In this document: one piece after another, positions 38,947 to 48,373 of the stretch
Layout of the letters: the number at the start of each line of letters is the position of its first letter
Numbering within the stretch: position 1 is the first letter of the stretch
Assembly (NCBI GenBank): GCA_039187085.1
Contig: JBCCZV010000005.1
Span: forward strand, 1-62,279
DNA from: Pseudomonadota bacterium
Lineage (GTDB): Bacteria > Pseudomonadota > Gammaproteobacteria > Enterobacterales > JBCCZV01
Length of the DNA stretch: 62,279 nt
Direction of reading: 5' to 3'
Program-made: the position numbers and the translations under genes
Notes under the pieces: generated by a model
The model's database searches: none
What the model was told of the DNA's origin: nothing
What the model saw: only the letters and a program-made list of their open reading frames with translations

Positions 38947-39489
38947 TTACTTGGATGATGGTTTTTTCTGTAGCTTTCTTTGCAAGGTGCGTCGGTGCAT
39001 ATTCAACTGACGAGCAGTTTCTGAAATATTGCCGTTATTTTCTGCTAAAATTTTTTGTATATGTTCCCATTCCAAACGTTTAACAGACATAGGATCTCTC
39101 TCTAGGATTTTCTCTTCGACCTTTAGTTCTTCATCATCAAAAGCTTTTAAAATATCTTCGATCGTTATGGGCTTGGGTAGATAATCCGTTGCACCTAATT
39201 TTATAGCTTCTACAGCTGTAGCAATACTGGCATAACCTGTCATCATCACAATTTTAATTTTAGTATTGTTCTGTTTTAATTGTGGTATGAGTGACAAAGA
39301 CGATTCGTTTAAAAGTTTTAAATCCAGTAAAGCGTAATCGAATACTGTTCGCTCGACGACCACTTGAGTGCTTGATAAAGCTTGTGTGGCTTCAACATGA
39401 AATTGGCGCTTTTGAAAAGATTTTACCAAGCGTGATCGTAAGACCGTATCATCTTCAACAATCAATAATTTTAGTGGGTTATTTTGCAT
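38947..39489 (-). CDS. RegA/PrrA/RoxR-family response regulator (REC + Fis-type HTH)
   Basis: LLIVEDD, ALLDLKL (Asp), MMTGYASI, YLPKP. C-terminal Fis-like HTH NISETARQLNMHRRTLQRKL. It is adjacent to a RegB-like kinase. Confidence 0.8.
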   Translation of the reverse strand: MQNNPLKLLIVEDDTVLRSRLVKSFQKRQFHVEATQALSSTQVVVERTVFDYALLDLKLLNESSLSLIPQLKQNNTKIKIVMMTGYASIATAVEAIKLGATDYLPKPITIEDILKAFDDEELKVEEKILERDPMSVKRLEWEHIQKILAENNGNISETARQLNMHRRTLQRKLQKKPSSK

Positions 39490-39508
39490 AAATGATTATC
39501 CGTAACCT

Positions 39509-40759
39509 TTAAGTGTTTTTATTAGCGGGTAAACGCACTAAAATTGACGTGCCTTGTGAAGCAACTTCAAGAACCTCTACACTGCCACCCATTCGTTCAA
39601 TCGTTGCATTAGTCAGAAAAAAGCCGAGACCTAAACCAAAAGTTTTATCACTTTGAAATAAAGAAGTATTGCGTGTCGTTAGTACTTCTTGTGTATAAGA
39701 TTGACCATCATTTTCGATGCGTATCATGAGTGTTTCATGATAATCCACCTGCACTTTGACACTTTCTTGACTGGCTTCAATAGCATTAATTATTAAATTT
39801 AATAATGCTTGCTCAAGTGTGGGGTCCTGTGAAATAAAGACATTCTGTGTGACTGCTGTGAATTGATAATCAATGTGAGAAGCAGGTTTTATCAGTAATA
39901 TATGTTCTTGTAGTCGCGTAAAATAATCTTGAATGGTGATGGGTGGTAAGTTTTTTTGATTCTCATAATCCGCTACTGTTTTTAAACGCGATAATATCGA
40001 ACGGCACTTGTCGACTTGGGCAATCATGATCGATAAATCTTCGGTATTTAACGAATCAATACCTTCATCTTTAATATCATTGAGAATAATGGCAATAGTA
40101 GATAAAGGTGTACCCAGCTCATGTGATGTGCCTGCTGCTAAGGTACCAATCGCCAAAATCTGTTCATTATGCAAAATATCTTCTCGCATGCGTGAGAGTC
40201 TTCTTTCTCGATCTTTTAATGCCCGCGACATTGAGTCAACAAAATAGGCTATTAATATAGCACTAATGAAATAGTTCACCCACATACCAATGAGGTGTAA
40301 ATTAAAACCATGATGATCATGGTGTGCAGAAAATTGAGACCATAATAATAAACCGGTATAAGAAATAAGAGTGGCAAGAGTAATGAGCCAAGTTTTTTTA
40401 GAACCCAGATTGATAGCGGATAAAGTAATAATCACTAAAAAGTAACTGATGAATGGATTTGAGGAACCTCCACTAACGACTAGAATTCCACTTACAATAA
40501 CCACATCAATGAATAAATGGAAAAAAATTTCTTTATCGATTAAATAGGCGTAGCGAAAATAGCGCACCCACCCCGAAAAGATCCAGACTGCTTGTAAAAA
40601 CAAACCGAAAAGAATCCATTCGATATGTTCATTGGTTGAAAACCCCCATTGATTAATGATTGCAATAGTAAAACCCAACAATAGGGCAATGCTTCGAACT
40701 AACAAAATGCTTTTTGTCGTGATTAAGTTGGGTGAGGTGCTCACATCAGCATTCATCAT
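39509..40759 (-). CDS. RegB/PrrB/RoxS-family redox-sensing histidine kinase
   Basis: Six-TM N-terminus containing the RegB quinone-site heptapeptide GGSSNPF (GGxxNPF). H-box AGTSHELGTPLSTI. Cys in a 'redox box'-like QVDKCRSILSRL. N/G boxes (LNLIINAIEA, GLGLGF). Start taken at ATG 40759; the track gives TTG 40825. Confidence 0.8.
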   Translation of the reverse strand: MMNADVSTSPNLITTKSILLVRSIALLLGFTIAIINQWGFSTNEHIEWILFGLFLQAVWIFSGWVRYFRYAYLIDKEIFFHLFIDVVIVSGILVVSGGSSNPFISYFLVIITLSAINLGSKKTWLITLATLISYTGLLLWSQFSAHHDHHGFNLHLIGMWVNYFISAILIAYFVDSMSRALKDRERRLSRMREDILHNEQILAIGTLAAGTSHELGTPLSTIAIILNDIKDEGIDSLNTEDLSIMIAQVDKCRSILSRLKTVADYENQKNLPPITIQDYFTRLQEHILLIKPASHIDYQFTAVTQNVFISQDPTLEQALLNLIINAIEASQESVKVQVDYHETLMIRIENDGQSYTQEVLTTRNTSLFQSDKTFGLGLGFFLTNATIERMGGSVEVLEVASQGTSILVRLPANKNT

Positions 40760-40881
40760 AATTAAAGGTCTCAAATGATAAAGGACAAATAGATAATTAT
40801 AAAGAAACAACTTTGTCACAGCCAATACCGGATTTTGGTATTACTACACACTTTTGCCGCCTGCGACAAAGTGTCGCATTC

Positions 40882-40909
40882 TTATCATGGATAATTCTGA
40901 GTATGATCC
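40882..40909. promoter_or_regulatory. Fur-box-like AT-rich dyad upstream of the TonB-dependent receptor
   Basis: ttatcatgGATAATTCTGAGTATGATC matches 13/19 positions of GATAATGATAATCATTATC by eye and includes a TTATC-atg-GATAA dyad. It lies about 40 nt upstream of ATG 40947. Confidence 0.4.
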
Positions 40910-40946
40910 TGTTGAAAGATTTATAGAAATTCAATAAGGCATAAGA

Positions 40947-43079
40947 ATGAATATGAAGTACGCTAGCCGTTTGACGGTATGTTATTTAGGTCTCTTTATC
41001 CCTGGTACCCCTGTCACTTTTGCAGAAGATGATACCAATATTTCGGCGGAAACTATTGTTGTGACCGGTACCCGAGAAGCACGCCCGATCAGTGAAACAG
41101 CCGAATCTGTTAGCGTTTTAACCGCAGAAGAAATTGCCGAAATTGCGCCCTCGCATCCTTCAGAATTACTCAATCGTGTACCTGGAGTTCATATCAATAA
41201 TTTGGGTGGTGAAGGCCATATGTCATCCATTCGCCAGCCTTTGACCACTTCGGCGGTGTATTTGTTTTTAGAAGATGGAATCCCAACACGTCCTTCCGGT
41301 TTTTTTAATCACAATGGTTTATATGAAATTAATATACCGCAAAGTTCACGTATTGAAGTGATCAAAGGCCCAGGTTCTGCGTTATATGGTAGTGATGCTA
41401 TTGGTGGTATTATCAATGCGATTACCCAACCCGCACCTGAACAAACGGAATATCGATTAAATACCGAAGTGGGTTCACATGGTTGGACACGAGGGTTATT
41501 GAGTGGTGGTACTCGCCTTGATAATGGTATGGGGATACGTGCTGATGTGAACTACACACAAAGCAGTGGTTATCGTGATGAATCCGACTACGACAGAATC
41601 TCGACAAATTTTCGTCTAGACGGTAAGACGGATGTGTTAGGTAACGTCAAAACTATTGCCTCATTTACGAAAGTGAATCAAAGTGGCGCTTCAAGTTTAG
41701 AAGAAGCCGATTATCGTAATAACCCTGAGAAAAATCGCTATCATGGTGATATCGGTTTCAGGGAAGTTGACGCTTTTCGGCTTTCTTCAGAGTTCTCCCG
41801 TGAAATTGATACCTATAGTCTCCTAACTTTAACCCCTTATTATCGACATAACGCGATGACCATGATGCCGAGTTGGATGATCACTTACGATCCCAATGTT
41901 AGGGAATATGATTTTCAATCCTATGGTTTGATGTCTAAATATCGAAGAAATTTTTGGGATGATAAAGGCATACTCATTGTTGGTATCGATGTTGATTATA
42001 CACCTGCAGATTATCAAGAAGATGTGATAACCGTGACTCAATCGGATGATATTTACATTGATTACACACTCACCGGTGTAAAAAATTATGATTTTACTGT
42101 TGATCAAAAATCGATTTCACCTTACGTGCACACTGAATATTTTATAGCACCTCAGTGGTTGATGACAGCCGGTGTGCGTTACGATAATTTTGATGTTGAC
42201 TATCAGGACAATTTGACGAATCAAGCTGTAGATCCCACGCACCTGCGACCAGAGTCGCAAACCCTGAGTTACGATCAATGGAGTCCTAAATGGAGTCTTA
42301 TTTACCAATATAATGACAAACACCATACATACTTAAATTATCGTGCTTCTTTTGTCGCTCCTTCGGTAGGTTCCTTGTTTCGACCAGGTTCGGCCATTGA
42401 CTCTACGGAGTTAAAGCCTATCACGGTTGATAGTTTTGAATGGGGTTTTCGCGGTAATTTTCACGATAAACTTGATTACGAGATCGCCATTTATTCAATG
42501 AAAAAAAATGATGATATCGTCTCTTTTATTGATGGTGAAGATCGCAAGGTGACTAATGCCGGTGAAACCCAACATGAAGGTATTGAGGTGGGTTTAGATT
42601 TTATGGCTTCAGAAGAATGGCAAGTAGCGTTAGCCTGGACACGAACCCACCAAACTTACGAATCTTATTCTTATGTTTTTCAATGCTTCTCTCCGGTTTG
42701 TGGTGCAAATGGTAGACCTATTATTGAAACGCGAGATTTTGCCGGATTTGATATAGGGATTGCTCCAGAAACTTTGGGTAACCTGACTTTAGTTTATACC
42801 CCAAAGTATTGGCAAGCACTACAGCTTGAAGTGGAGTGGGAACATGTAGGGGCTTATTTTACCGATGAAACCAATACGCAAAGCTATGATGGGCACGAGC
42901 TCGTAAATTTACGGGTGAATTATGACGTAAGTCCATCAACACGTTTAATGATACGAGTGACCAATTTAGCGGATGAAAAATATTCCACTTACACATCCAA
43001 CCAAGTGGGCGATCCGGATATCAGTTATCGTCCAGGATTACCACGTAGCTTTTTTGCGGGCGTGACCTTTGATTTTTAA
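40947..43079 (+). CDS. TonB-dependent outer-membrane receptor (siderophore/metal type)
   Basis: Signal peptide. TonB-box-like ETIVVTGTR. Plug motifs (VPGVHINN, IEVIKGPGSALYGSDAIGGIIN). A 22-strand-sized barrel with C-terminal ...FFAGVTFDF*. Confidence 0.9.
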   Translation: MNMKYASRLTVCYLGLFIPGTPVTFAEDDTNISAETIVVTGTREARPISETAESVSVLTAEEIAEIAPSHPSELLNRVPGVHINNLGGEGHMSSIRQPLTTSAVYLFLEDGIPTRPSGFFNHNGLYEINIPQSSRIEVIKGPGSALYGSDAIGGIINAITQPAPEQTEYRLNTEVGSHGWTRGLLSGGTRLDNGMGIRADVNYTQSSGYRDESDYDRISTNFRLDGKTDVLGNVKTIASFTKVNQSGASSLEEADYRNNPEKNRYHGDIGFREVDAFRLSSEFSREIDTYSLLTLTPYYRHNAMTMMPSWMITYDPNVREYDFQSYGLMSKYRRNFWDDKGILIVGIDVDYTPADYQEDVITVTQSDDIYIDYTLTGVKNYDFTVDQKSISPYVHTEYFIAPQWLMTAGVRYDNFDVDYQDNLTNQAVDPTHLRPESQTLSYDQWSPKWSLIYQYNDKHHTYLNYRASFVAPSVGSLFRPGSAIDSTELKPITVDSFEWGFRGNFHDKLDYEIAIYSMKKNDDIVSFIDGEDRKVTNAGETQHEGIEVGLDFMASEEWQVALAWTRTHQTYESYSYVFQCFSPVCGANGRPIIETRDFAGFDIGIAPETLGNLTLVYTPKYWQALQLEVEWEHVGAYFTDETNTQSYDGHELVNLRVNYDVSPSTRLMIRVTNLADEKYSTYTSNQVGDPDISYRPGLPRSFFAGVTFDF

Positions 43080-43107
43080 ACCGTTAAACAATAAGTAGGG
43101 TCTACCC

Positions 43108-44592
43108 ATGCATAAAAAATTAGCGAAATGGTCTTCAAAGTGGCATCGCAAACTTGGCTGGATAAGTGGCTTAGCAGTAGTGATTTGGGCTATTTCAGGT
43201 TTGTTACATCCCATTATGACGTGGACAGGTCCTAAGGCACAAAAATTTTTTGCGCCAACATTTCAGTTGAATCAAGACAGTCTTCAGCAATGGCAGATGA
43301 ATGATTTGAATGCCCGATTAGCTGAGGGAGAGGCGAGTGTTGTTAAAATCGTACCTACAGCAACCGTCCCTCAACTGCAAATCAGTAATGATGCTGGAGA
43401 AAGACAATATCTTTCTCTTCACACATCACAAAATGATGATTACAACGATGAGCAACATGCGCTATGGCTAGGTGAACATTACACCGGGCTCGATGCAGAA
43501 ACTGTCGAAACTATCCAAATGGTTAATCAATTTAGCAGTGAATATCCCTGGGTGAATCGTTTGCTTCCTGTTTATCGAATTCATTACCAAACGCCAGATA
43601 ACCTCGTTGCTTTTATTCATACAGAAACCGGTGCTTTAGCGTCATTAACCAATGATAATAAATCGATTTTGCAAGGCGTTTTTCGTGCATTGCATACCTG
43701 GAGTTGGTTAGATTTTTCGGGTTCATTTCGTGTATGGATTATTGGATTTTTTATGCTGGTTTTATTAGCACAAGCTGTAGTCGGTCTAAGCATGTTGTAT
43801 GCTTTAGCGTGGCGTAAAATTCCTGATATCAAACGTCGCTGGCATCGCATTGCTGGTTATGTATTATGGTTACCTCTATTAGGTTGGTCACTGAGTGGTT
43901 TTTACCATTTGCTCAAAGCTGAATATGTCGATTCGATAAGTGGTATGCGACTAACAGAATCTATAGCGCTACAAGAGTTACAGTTTCCTCAAGACAATCA
44001 GTGGATGTCGGTTCTCAATGGCCAAGCAATTAACGCCATTACTTGGGTGAAGCGAAGCGATAATACGTGGATGATGCGCGTAGGACTGGCTCCTCCAAAA
44101 TCTGCTAAAAAAGTTTCGCGAGAGCAAAAATATCAAGGCGTTGTTAGTGAAAAAAACGCTTGGTATTTTGATAGCGCATCGAGTCAAATTCTTCGACTCG
44201 ATGATAAAACCTATGCAGAATCTTTAGCACTGCGTTTTTATGGCGAAAACGGCACTATTAAAGAGACACAACGGGTCACACGTTTTGGTCAAGGATATGA
44301 TTTTCGTAATAAACGCTTGCCTGTTTGGAAGGTTGAGTTTGATGATGCCGAGAGTACGGTTTTTTTTATTGACCCTATCACCGGCATTTTGGTCGATAGC
44401 AATCGTGCCGTCGATCGTTTGGAATCTTTATCGTTTTCTTTGTTGCATAAGTGGAGCCACCTTAATGCCGTTATGAGTCGAAGTACACGGGATAATATCA
44501 TGGTAGCGACTTTGGTTTTGAGCCTGTTATTTTCGGCAATCGGTATGATGATGTTGATAAAGCGACGAAGAACCCATCGAGTTAATTTTTAG
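43108..44592 (+). CDS. PepSY-associated TM (PiuB/FoxB-like) inner-membrane protein
   Basis: N-terminal KWHRKLGWISGLAVVIWAISGLLHP and a second ...RRWHRIAGYVLWLPLLGWSLSGFYH, both typical PepSY_TM helices with conserved His. It is adjacent to a TonB-dependent receptor. Confidence 0.85.
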   Translation: MHKKLAKWSSKWHRKLGWISGLAVVIWAISGLLHPIMTWTGPKAQKFFAPTFQLNQDSLQQWQMNDLNARLAEGEASVVKIVPTATVPQLQISNDAGERQYLSLHTSQNDDYNDEQHALWLGEHYTGLDAETVETIQMVNQFSSEYPWVNRLLPVYRIHYQTPDNLVAFIHTETGALASLTNDNKSILQGVFRALHTWSWLDFSGSFRVWIIGFFMLVLLAQAVVGLSMLYALAWRKIPDIKRRWHRIAGYVLWLPLLGWSLSGFYHLLKAEYVDSISGMRLTESIALQELQFPQDNQWMSVLNGQAINAITWVKRSDNTWMMRVGLAPPKSAKKVSREQKYQGVVSEKNAWYFDSASSQILRLDDKTYAESLALRFYGENGTIKETQRVTRFGQGYDFRNKRLPVWKVEFDDAESTVFFIDPITGILVDSNRAVDRLESLSFSLLHKWSHLNAVMSRSTRDNIMVATLVLSLLFSAIGMMMLIKRRRTHRVNF

Positions 44593-44607
44593 CTCGATGG
44601 ATTTTTT
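44574..44607 (+). terminator. Intrinsic terminator overlapping the PepSY_TM gene stop
   Basis: ccatcgag-(11 nt)-ctcgatgg followed by a-tttttt. Confidence 0.6.
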
Positions 44608-44686
44608 ATAACTCTTGAATTAACAAAGTTTAAAATTACTTACATTTTTTAAAAGAGACTTTTATGAGGTCTTTTACTTTTTTTAT

Positions 44687-44824
44687 AAATTTGTTTGGGA
44701 TGAAGATAAAAATCAGAAAAATATTAAAAAGCATGGTGTTGGACTAAAAGCTGGTATAACTGTTTTTGAAGATGAATTTCGCATAGAAAGGTATGACGAA
44801 GAACATATTATTTCAGCGAAATAA
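44687..44824 (+). pseudogene. Truncated BrnT-family (DUF497) toxin remnant
   Basis: The frame reads KFVWDEDKNQKNIKKHGVGLKAGITVFEDEFRIERYDEEHIISAK*, matching the BrnT N-terminal signature (F.WD..K...N..KHG..F.....VF.D). There is no in-frame start codon, only about half the normal length remains, and the 3' end runs into the IS630 remnant. Confidence 0.5.
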
Positions 44825-44895
44825 GGTGCTTATGTTAACCTCAAAATGTTCGCTGGTTTCTTCGTAAGTCAGATGGTGCGCTTCCTTGCGCTCGT
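44808..44895 (-). mobile_element. Short remnant of an IS630-family transposase gene (N-terminal HTH region only)
   Basis: The minus strand reads ...NERKEAHHLTYEETSEHFEVNISTLFR*. About 72 nt match 46255-46328 in inverted orientation with 3 mismatches. Confidence 0.6.
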
Positions 44896-44907
44896 TAAAT
44901 AGTTAAA

Positions 44908-45945
44908 TTAAAACGTAGCAACAACGCCATCAATCCAATTAGCGAAAGAAGTAACGCGTGTAAATCCAGAAGGGACGTTAACAGTACAACCTCTAGGAGA
45001 AAAGCTCGTTATCCCAGCAATGAAATCTTGACCATTGGTGCGGAAAAATAATGGCCCACCACTATCTCCTTGACAGATGTTAGAATTATTTGCTTGAGCA
45101 CAGATCTGGCCCGCGTAATCGATCCCCGTTCCGAATACTGATTGACAAGCCCTCTCACTAATAACTGTAAGCCCTGTTTCTTGCAATATATCACTACCTG
45201 AACTGGTACCCCCAATCGTGTTACCCCAACCAATCGCTCTTAACACATCCGCTTGTTGGCCAGTGAAAGGATCCGCTGGAGCAGCAAAACGGTCAGTATC
45301 TTGCACAGTTGGAATTTGCATCAAGCGAGGCACAAGATTGGCAGGTACGTTTTGTATCAGTTGAACAAGGGCGACATCGTTGGTTAGTGTTCGATCATCA
45401 TAATTCGGGTGGTTAACAAATCGTTGCGCACTAAATATCGTAGCATTTCGAGCTGTAAGACCTCCTCCACTATTGAGAGTAAAGTCTGTATCTCGGCTTC
45501 CAACGAACACCAATATGGCCGCTAAGTTGGGCGTTTGTAAACAATGAGCTGCGGTTAATACCCAATCAGCCTCAATAAGGCTACCACCACAAGCTCCAAA
45601 GCTAAAACCTTCTCCATTGCGTAGAAGCTCAAGGTTCTGTGCATCAAGACTAATTGTCCGAACCATCCAAGGATATTCTCCTTCGTCGGCGTTAACCCCA
45701 TTGATGATTTTAGTCTCAGCAATAACAGGGAATGCAACACCATTATCATACGCATCAAGAATACGTTGGCCCAGTTCAGCGCTACCGGTGAATTCTGATG
45801 TACTTGGGGTGACGATATTACTCGACTCTAAGCTTTGTGTGTTAGCAAGCGTGTCGGTTTGCGTATCGTCAACATTACAAGCGGTTAAACCAAGTAGCGC
45901 AGTACAAGCCGCGAAAACCCGAGTTTTGAGTGTTATTGTTTTCAT
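44908..45945 (-). CDS. Trypsin-like (S1 family) serine protease, predicted lipoprotein
   Basis: Start at Met33 (ATG 45945). Lipobox LGLTA|C. Activation-site-like IINGVNADEGEYPWMV. Catalytic triad contexts LTAAHC, NDVALVQL, CQGDSGGPLF. Confidence 0.85.
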   Translation of the reverse strand: MKTITLKTRVFAACTALLGLTACNVDDTQTDTLANTQSLESSNIVTPSTSEFTGSAELGQRILDAYDNGVAFPVIAETKIINGVNADEGEYPWMVRTISLDAQNLELLRNGEGFSFGACGGSLIEADWVLTAAHCLQTPNLAAILVFVGSRDTDFTLNSGGGLTARNATIFSAQRFVNHPNYDDRTLTNDVALVQLIQNVPANLVPRLMQIPTVQDTDRFAAPADPFTGQQADVLRAIGWGNTIGGTSSGSDILQETGLTVISERACQSVFGTGIDYAGQICAQANNSNICQGDSGGPLFFRTNGQDFIAGITSFSPRGCTVNVPSGFTRVTSFANWIDGVVATF

Positions 45946-46204
45946 AGATGACCTTCTATTTTTAGTGAATGATGCCTCCCGTTCCAATAGAACTTCGCTC
46001 CCCTTCTTGTTGGATAAATAAAGTTCATGGGTAGCCACCAAACTTTTTTGATAAGTGATTTTTTATGGGGCTGTTAAAATCCCAAAACAACTACATGCTT
46101 TAGAATTAAAAAGCCAACTTCAGCCTACTACAAAAGTTAGATTGTTGTCATGGGTAATTTTTCATATTATTGCTAAATCAATTTAGTGTGCGATAATACC
46201 CGAA

Positions 46205-46510
46205 TGGCATATAGTTTAGATTTCAGGCAAAAGGTGTTTGCCTATAAAAGAAAAGCACCAACTGACTTACGAAGAAACTAGCGAACATTTTGAGGTTAAC
46301 ATAAGCACCTTGTTTCGCTGAAATAATAAGCTCACCAGTTCAAACGATTGTAACCGAAGTGCTAATAAAGTAGATGATGAAAGTGGTTTCGCACAAAGCA
46401 TGCCAAGGAAATACGGCTATTCTGCGTTAGGAAAACGCTGCTATGTAAGTCATGATTGGCACGCGAAAGCGAGAGTCAATGCCATCGGGGCCATTATGGA
46501 CATGACCTAA
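46205..46510 (+). pseudogene. Degraded IS630-family transposase gene (frameshifted and internally deleted)
   Basis: Starts MAYSLDFRQKVFAYK (compare the IS630-family N-terminus MAYS.DFR.KV). A frameshift is followed by LTYEETSEHFEVNISTLFR, a stop, then a distant fragment PRKYGYSALGKRCYVSHDWHAKARVNAIGAI. The total is about 100 codons against about 340 in an intact copy. No terminal inverted repeats identified. Confidence 0.7.
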
Positions 46511-46713
46511 TGGCTGATAAAAAGTTTACTTATTTCGAGAATGACGTCTTAATTTATGAAGGTCAACACACTATTCAATTTAAATCTAATGCCTATGTTT
46601 ATAAAGCTGCTTTGAAAGATCTGGAAGCACCACCGCAAACTGAAAAACAGCTTTCACAATTTAAACAGGTAAATCTGTTTGCAATCAATAGGCTAATGAA
46701 AAGCCAATTATAG
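46510..46713 (+). CDS. Possible small hypothetical protein (67 aa)
   Basis: The ATG overlaps the stop of the transposase remnant. MADKKFTYFENDVLIYEGQHTIQF.... No family recognised, so this may not be a real gene. Confidence 0.25.
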   Translation: MADKKFTYFENDVLIYEGQHTIQFKSNAYVYKAALKDLEAPPQTEKQLSQFKQVNLFAINRLMKSQL

Positions 46714-46767
46714 ATTTTTAGTCAATACATTAAGTGATTGTACTTTTTAAAAGGATTCCTTGTAAGT

Positions 46768-47448
46768 TCACTCTAACAATTTTTGAATGATAGTAAAATC
46801 TATGTAATCATCTGCCCATTGGGCGTGACTTAGGCGGGGTAAAGTGCCCAAGAGCGGCGCATCCAGTTTGCTTTCTAATGTCGCAATATTTTCATCGATA
46901 CAATCTGCCGAGCTATCAATGCGGTTAGCAATCCATCCTGCAAACTTTAAGGGAGTTTGTGCGATTCTGGCTTGTGTGAGTAATGCGTGATTTAAACAAC
47001 CCAATTTGATGGGCACGACTAAAATAACAGGGAAGTTTAAGGCAATCGCTAAGTCTTCGAAAGTTTCCTTATCATTAATCGGAACAAGCCATCCACCAAC
47101 GCCTTCAACGATTCGTGGTTGATCACCGGTAAAAGAACAAACCAAATTTTGTTTTATAGTACGAACTGTCATCTTTACATGTCGGCGTTCTGCTGCGATA
47201 TGAGGAGCAATGGCTTCAGGAAAACACAGTGGATTAGTCGCTTCATAAGACTGTTCCAAAGCCGAGGCGTTTTGAAGCTCGCGCGCATCGTCGTTTTGCC
47301 AACGGTTATCAATCCATTGTGCTCCAGAAGCAACGGGTTTATGCCCAAAGCAATGAATGCCGCGTTTCGCCAAGCCACGTAAGATGACTGATGTGCAAAA
47401 TGTTTTACCAGCATCCGTGTCAGTTGCGGTGATGAACAAACCTTTCAT
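46768..47448 (-). CDS. bioD: Dethiobiotin synthase
   Basis: MKGLFITATDTDAGKTF (P-loop), ...IVEGVGGW.VP. It is the last gene of the bio operon. Confidence 0.9.
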   Translation of the reverse strand: MKGLFITATDTDAGKTFCTSVILRGLAKRGIHCFGHKPVASGAQWIDNRWQNDDARELQNASALEQSYEATNPLCFPEAIAPHIAAERRHVKMTVRTIKQNLVCSFTGDQPRIVEGVGGWLVPINDKETFEDLAIALNFPVILVVPIKLGCLNHALLTQARIAQTPLKFAGWIANRIDSSADCIDENIATLESKLDAPLLGTLPRLSHAQWADDYIDFTIIQKLLE

Positions 47449-47485
47449 AGAATTTAATATGACTCCTCAAGGGTCTCAAAGAAAT

Positions 47486-48370
47486 TCAGCGTGATTTCTT
47501 TTTGAGTCCACCAATTTTATCAATCGGAATGGCTACACTACCAGGTGCTAACTGGATTTGTTTTATTTCCGTAGCCCAAGCATGCCCGTACACCACTTCA
47601 TAAGTCGCAGGTAAATCCTCATTGCGACGAAATACTTCGTAACTTTCTTCTAAACGTTTAAGTGAAGCGGGAGTTGTTAAACTTTTGCGACGCTGTTGGT
47701 TCAAGTTGTGTGCACCTAACCCTTTTAAGTCTTGCATTAATGCTCTCAACTGCTTGTATTGCATAGTAATACGTTCACAATCCATAACAGGGTCCAAAAA
47801 TTGTGATTGTAATAATGCATCACCCACGTCATGCATATCTACGAAATTATTCACATGCTGGTAGGAATCGATTGCCTGCCATGCTTGACGCAGTTCAAAT
47901 AAAGTATCTGGACCAAAACTGGTGAACATTAATAGGCCGCCTGGCTTCAATACGCGATTCATCTCAGAGAAGAGCCTAGGCAAATCGTAACACCATTGGA
48001 AGGCTAAGTTGGAGAAAATCAGCTCGCAAGACTCGTCAGCTAGTGGTAATGCGTAAGCGTTACCTCCCATTAACAGCGGCTTAGATAATAAGCGCGTATT
48101 TTTGCGCATAGCGGTTTTGAGCATGCCATGGGCCACATCCACTCCGATAACCTGTGCTTTTGGGTAGCGCTTTTTTAACGGGCTAATATAGTGTCCCGTG
48201 CCACAACCTAAATCGAGAATGATTTTAGGTTGTATTTTGACATAATCTAAGCGTTCTAGGAGACGATCGCCCACGGTGTTTTGTAAAATGGCGCAATCAT
48301 CATAGCTAGCCGCGGCCTTGCTAAACGATCGTGCTATCTCTTGAATAGAAATGTCGGGTATGGCTTTCAT
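47486..48370 (-). CDS. bioC: Malonyl-ACP O-methyltransferase BioC
   Basis: SAM-MTase motif ILDLGCGTG and ...F.SNLA.QW. Its position between bioH and bioD matches the Pseudomonas-type bioBFHCD order. Confidence 0.85.
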   Translation of the reverse strand: MKAIPDISIQEIARSFSKAAASYDDCAILQNTVGDRLLERLDYVKIQPKIILDLGCGTGHYISPLKKRYPKAQVIGVDVAHGMLKTAMRKNTRLLSKPLLMGGNAYALPLADESCELIFSNLAFQWCYDLPRLFSEMNRVLKPGGLLMFTSFGPDTLFELRQAWQAIDSYQHVNNFVDMHDVGDALLQSQFLDPVMDCERITMQYKQLRALMQDLKGLGAHNLNQQRRKSLTTPASLKRLEESYEVFRRNEDLPATYEVVYGHAWATEIKQIQLAPGSVAIPIDKIGGLKKKSR

Positions 48371-48373
48371 GAG

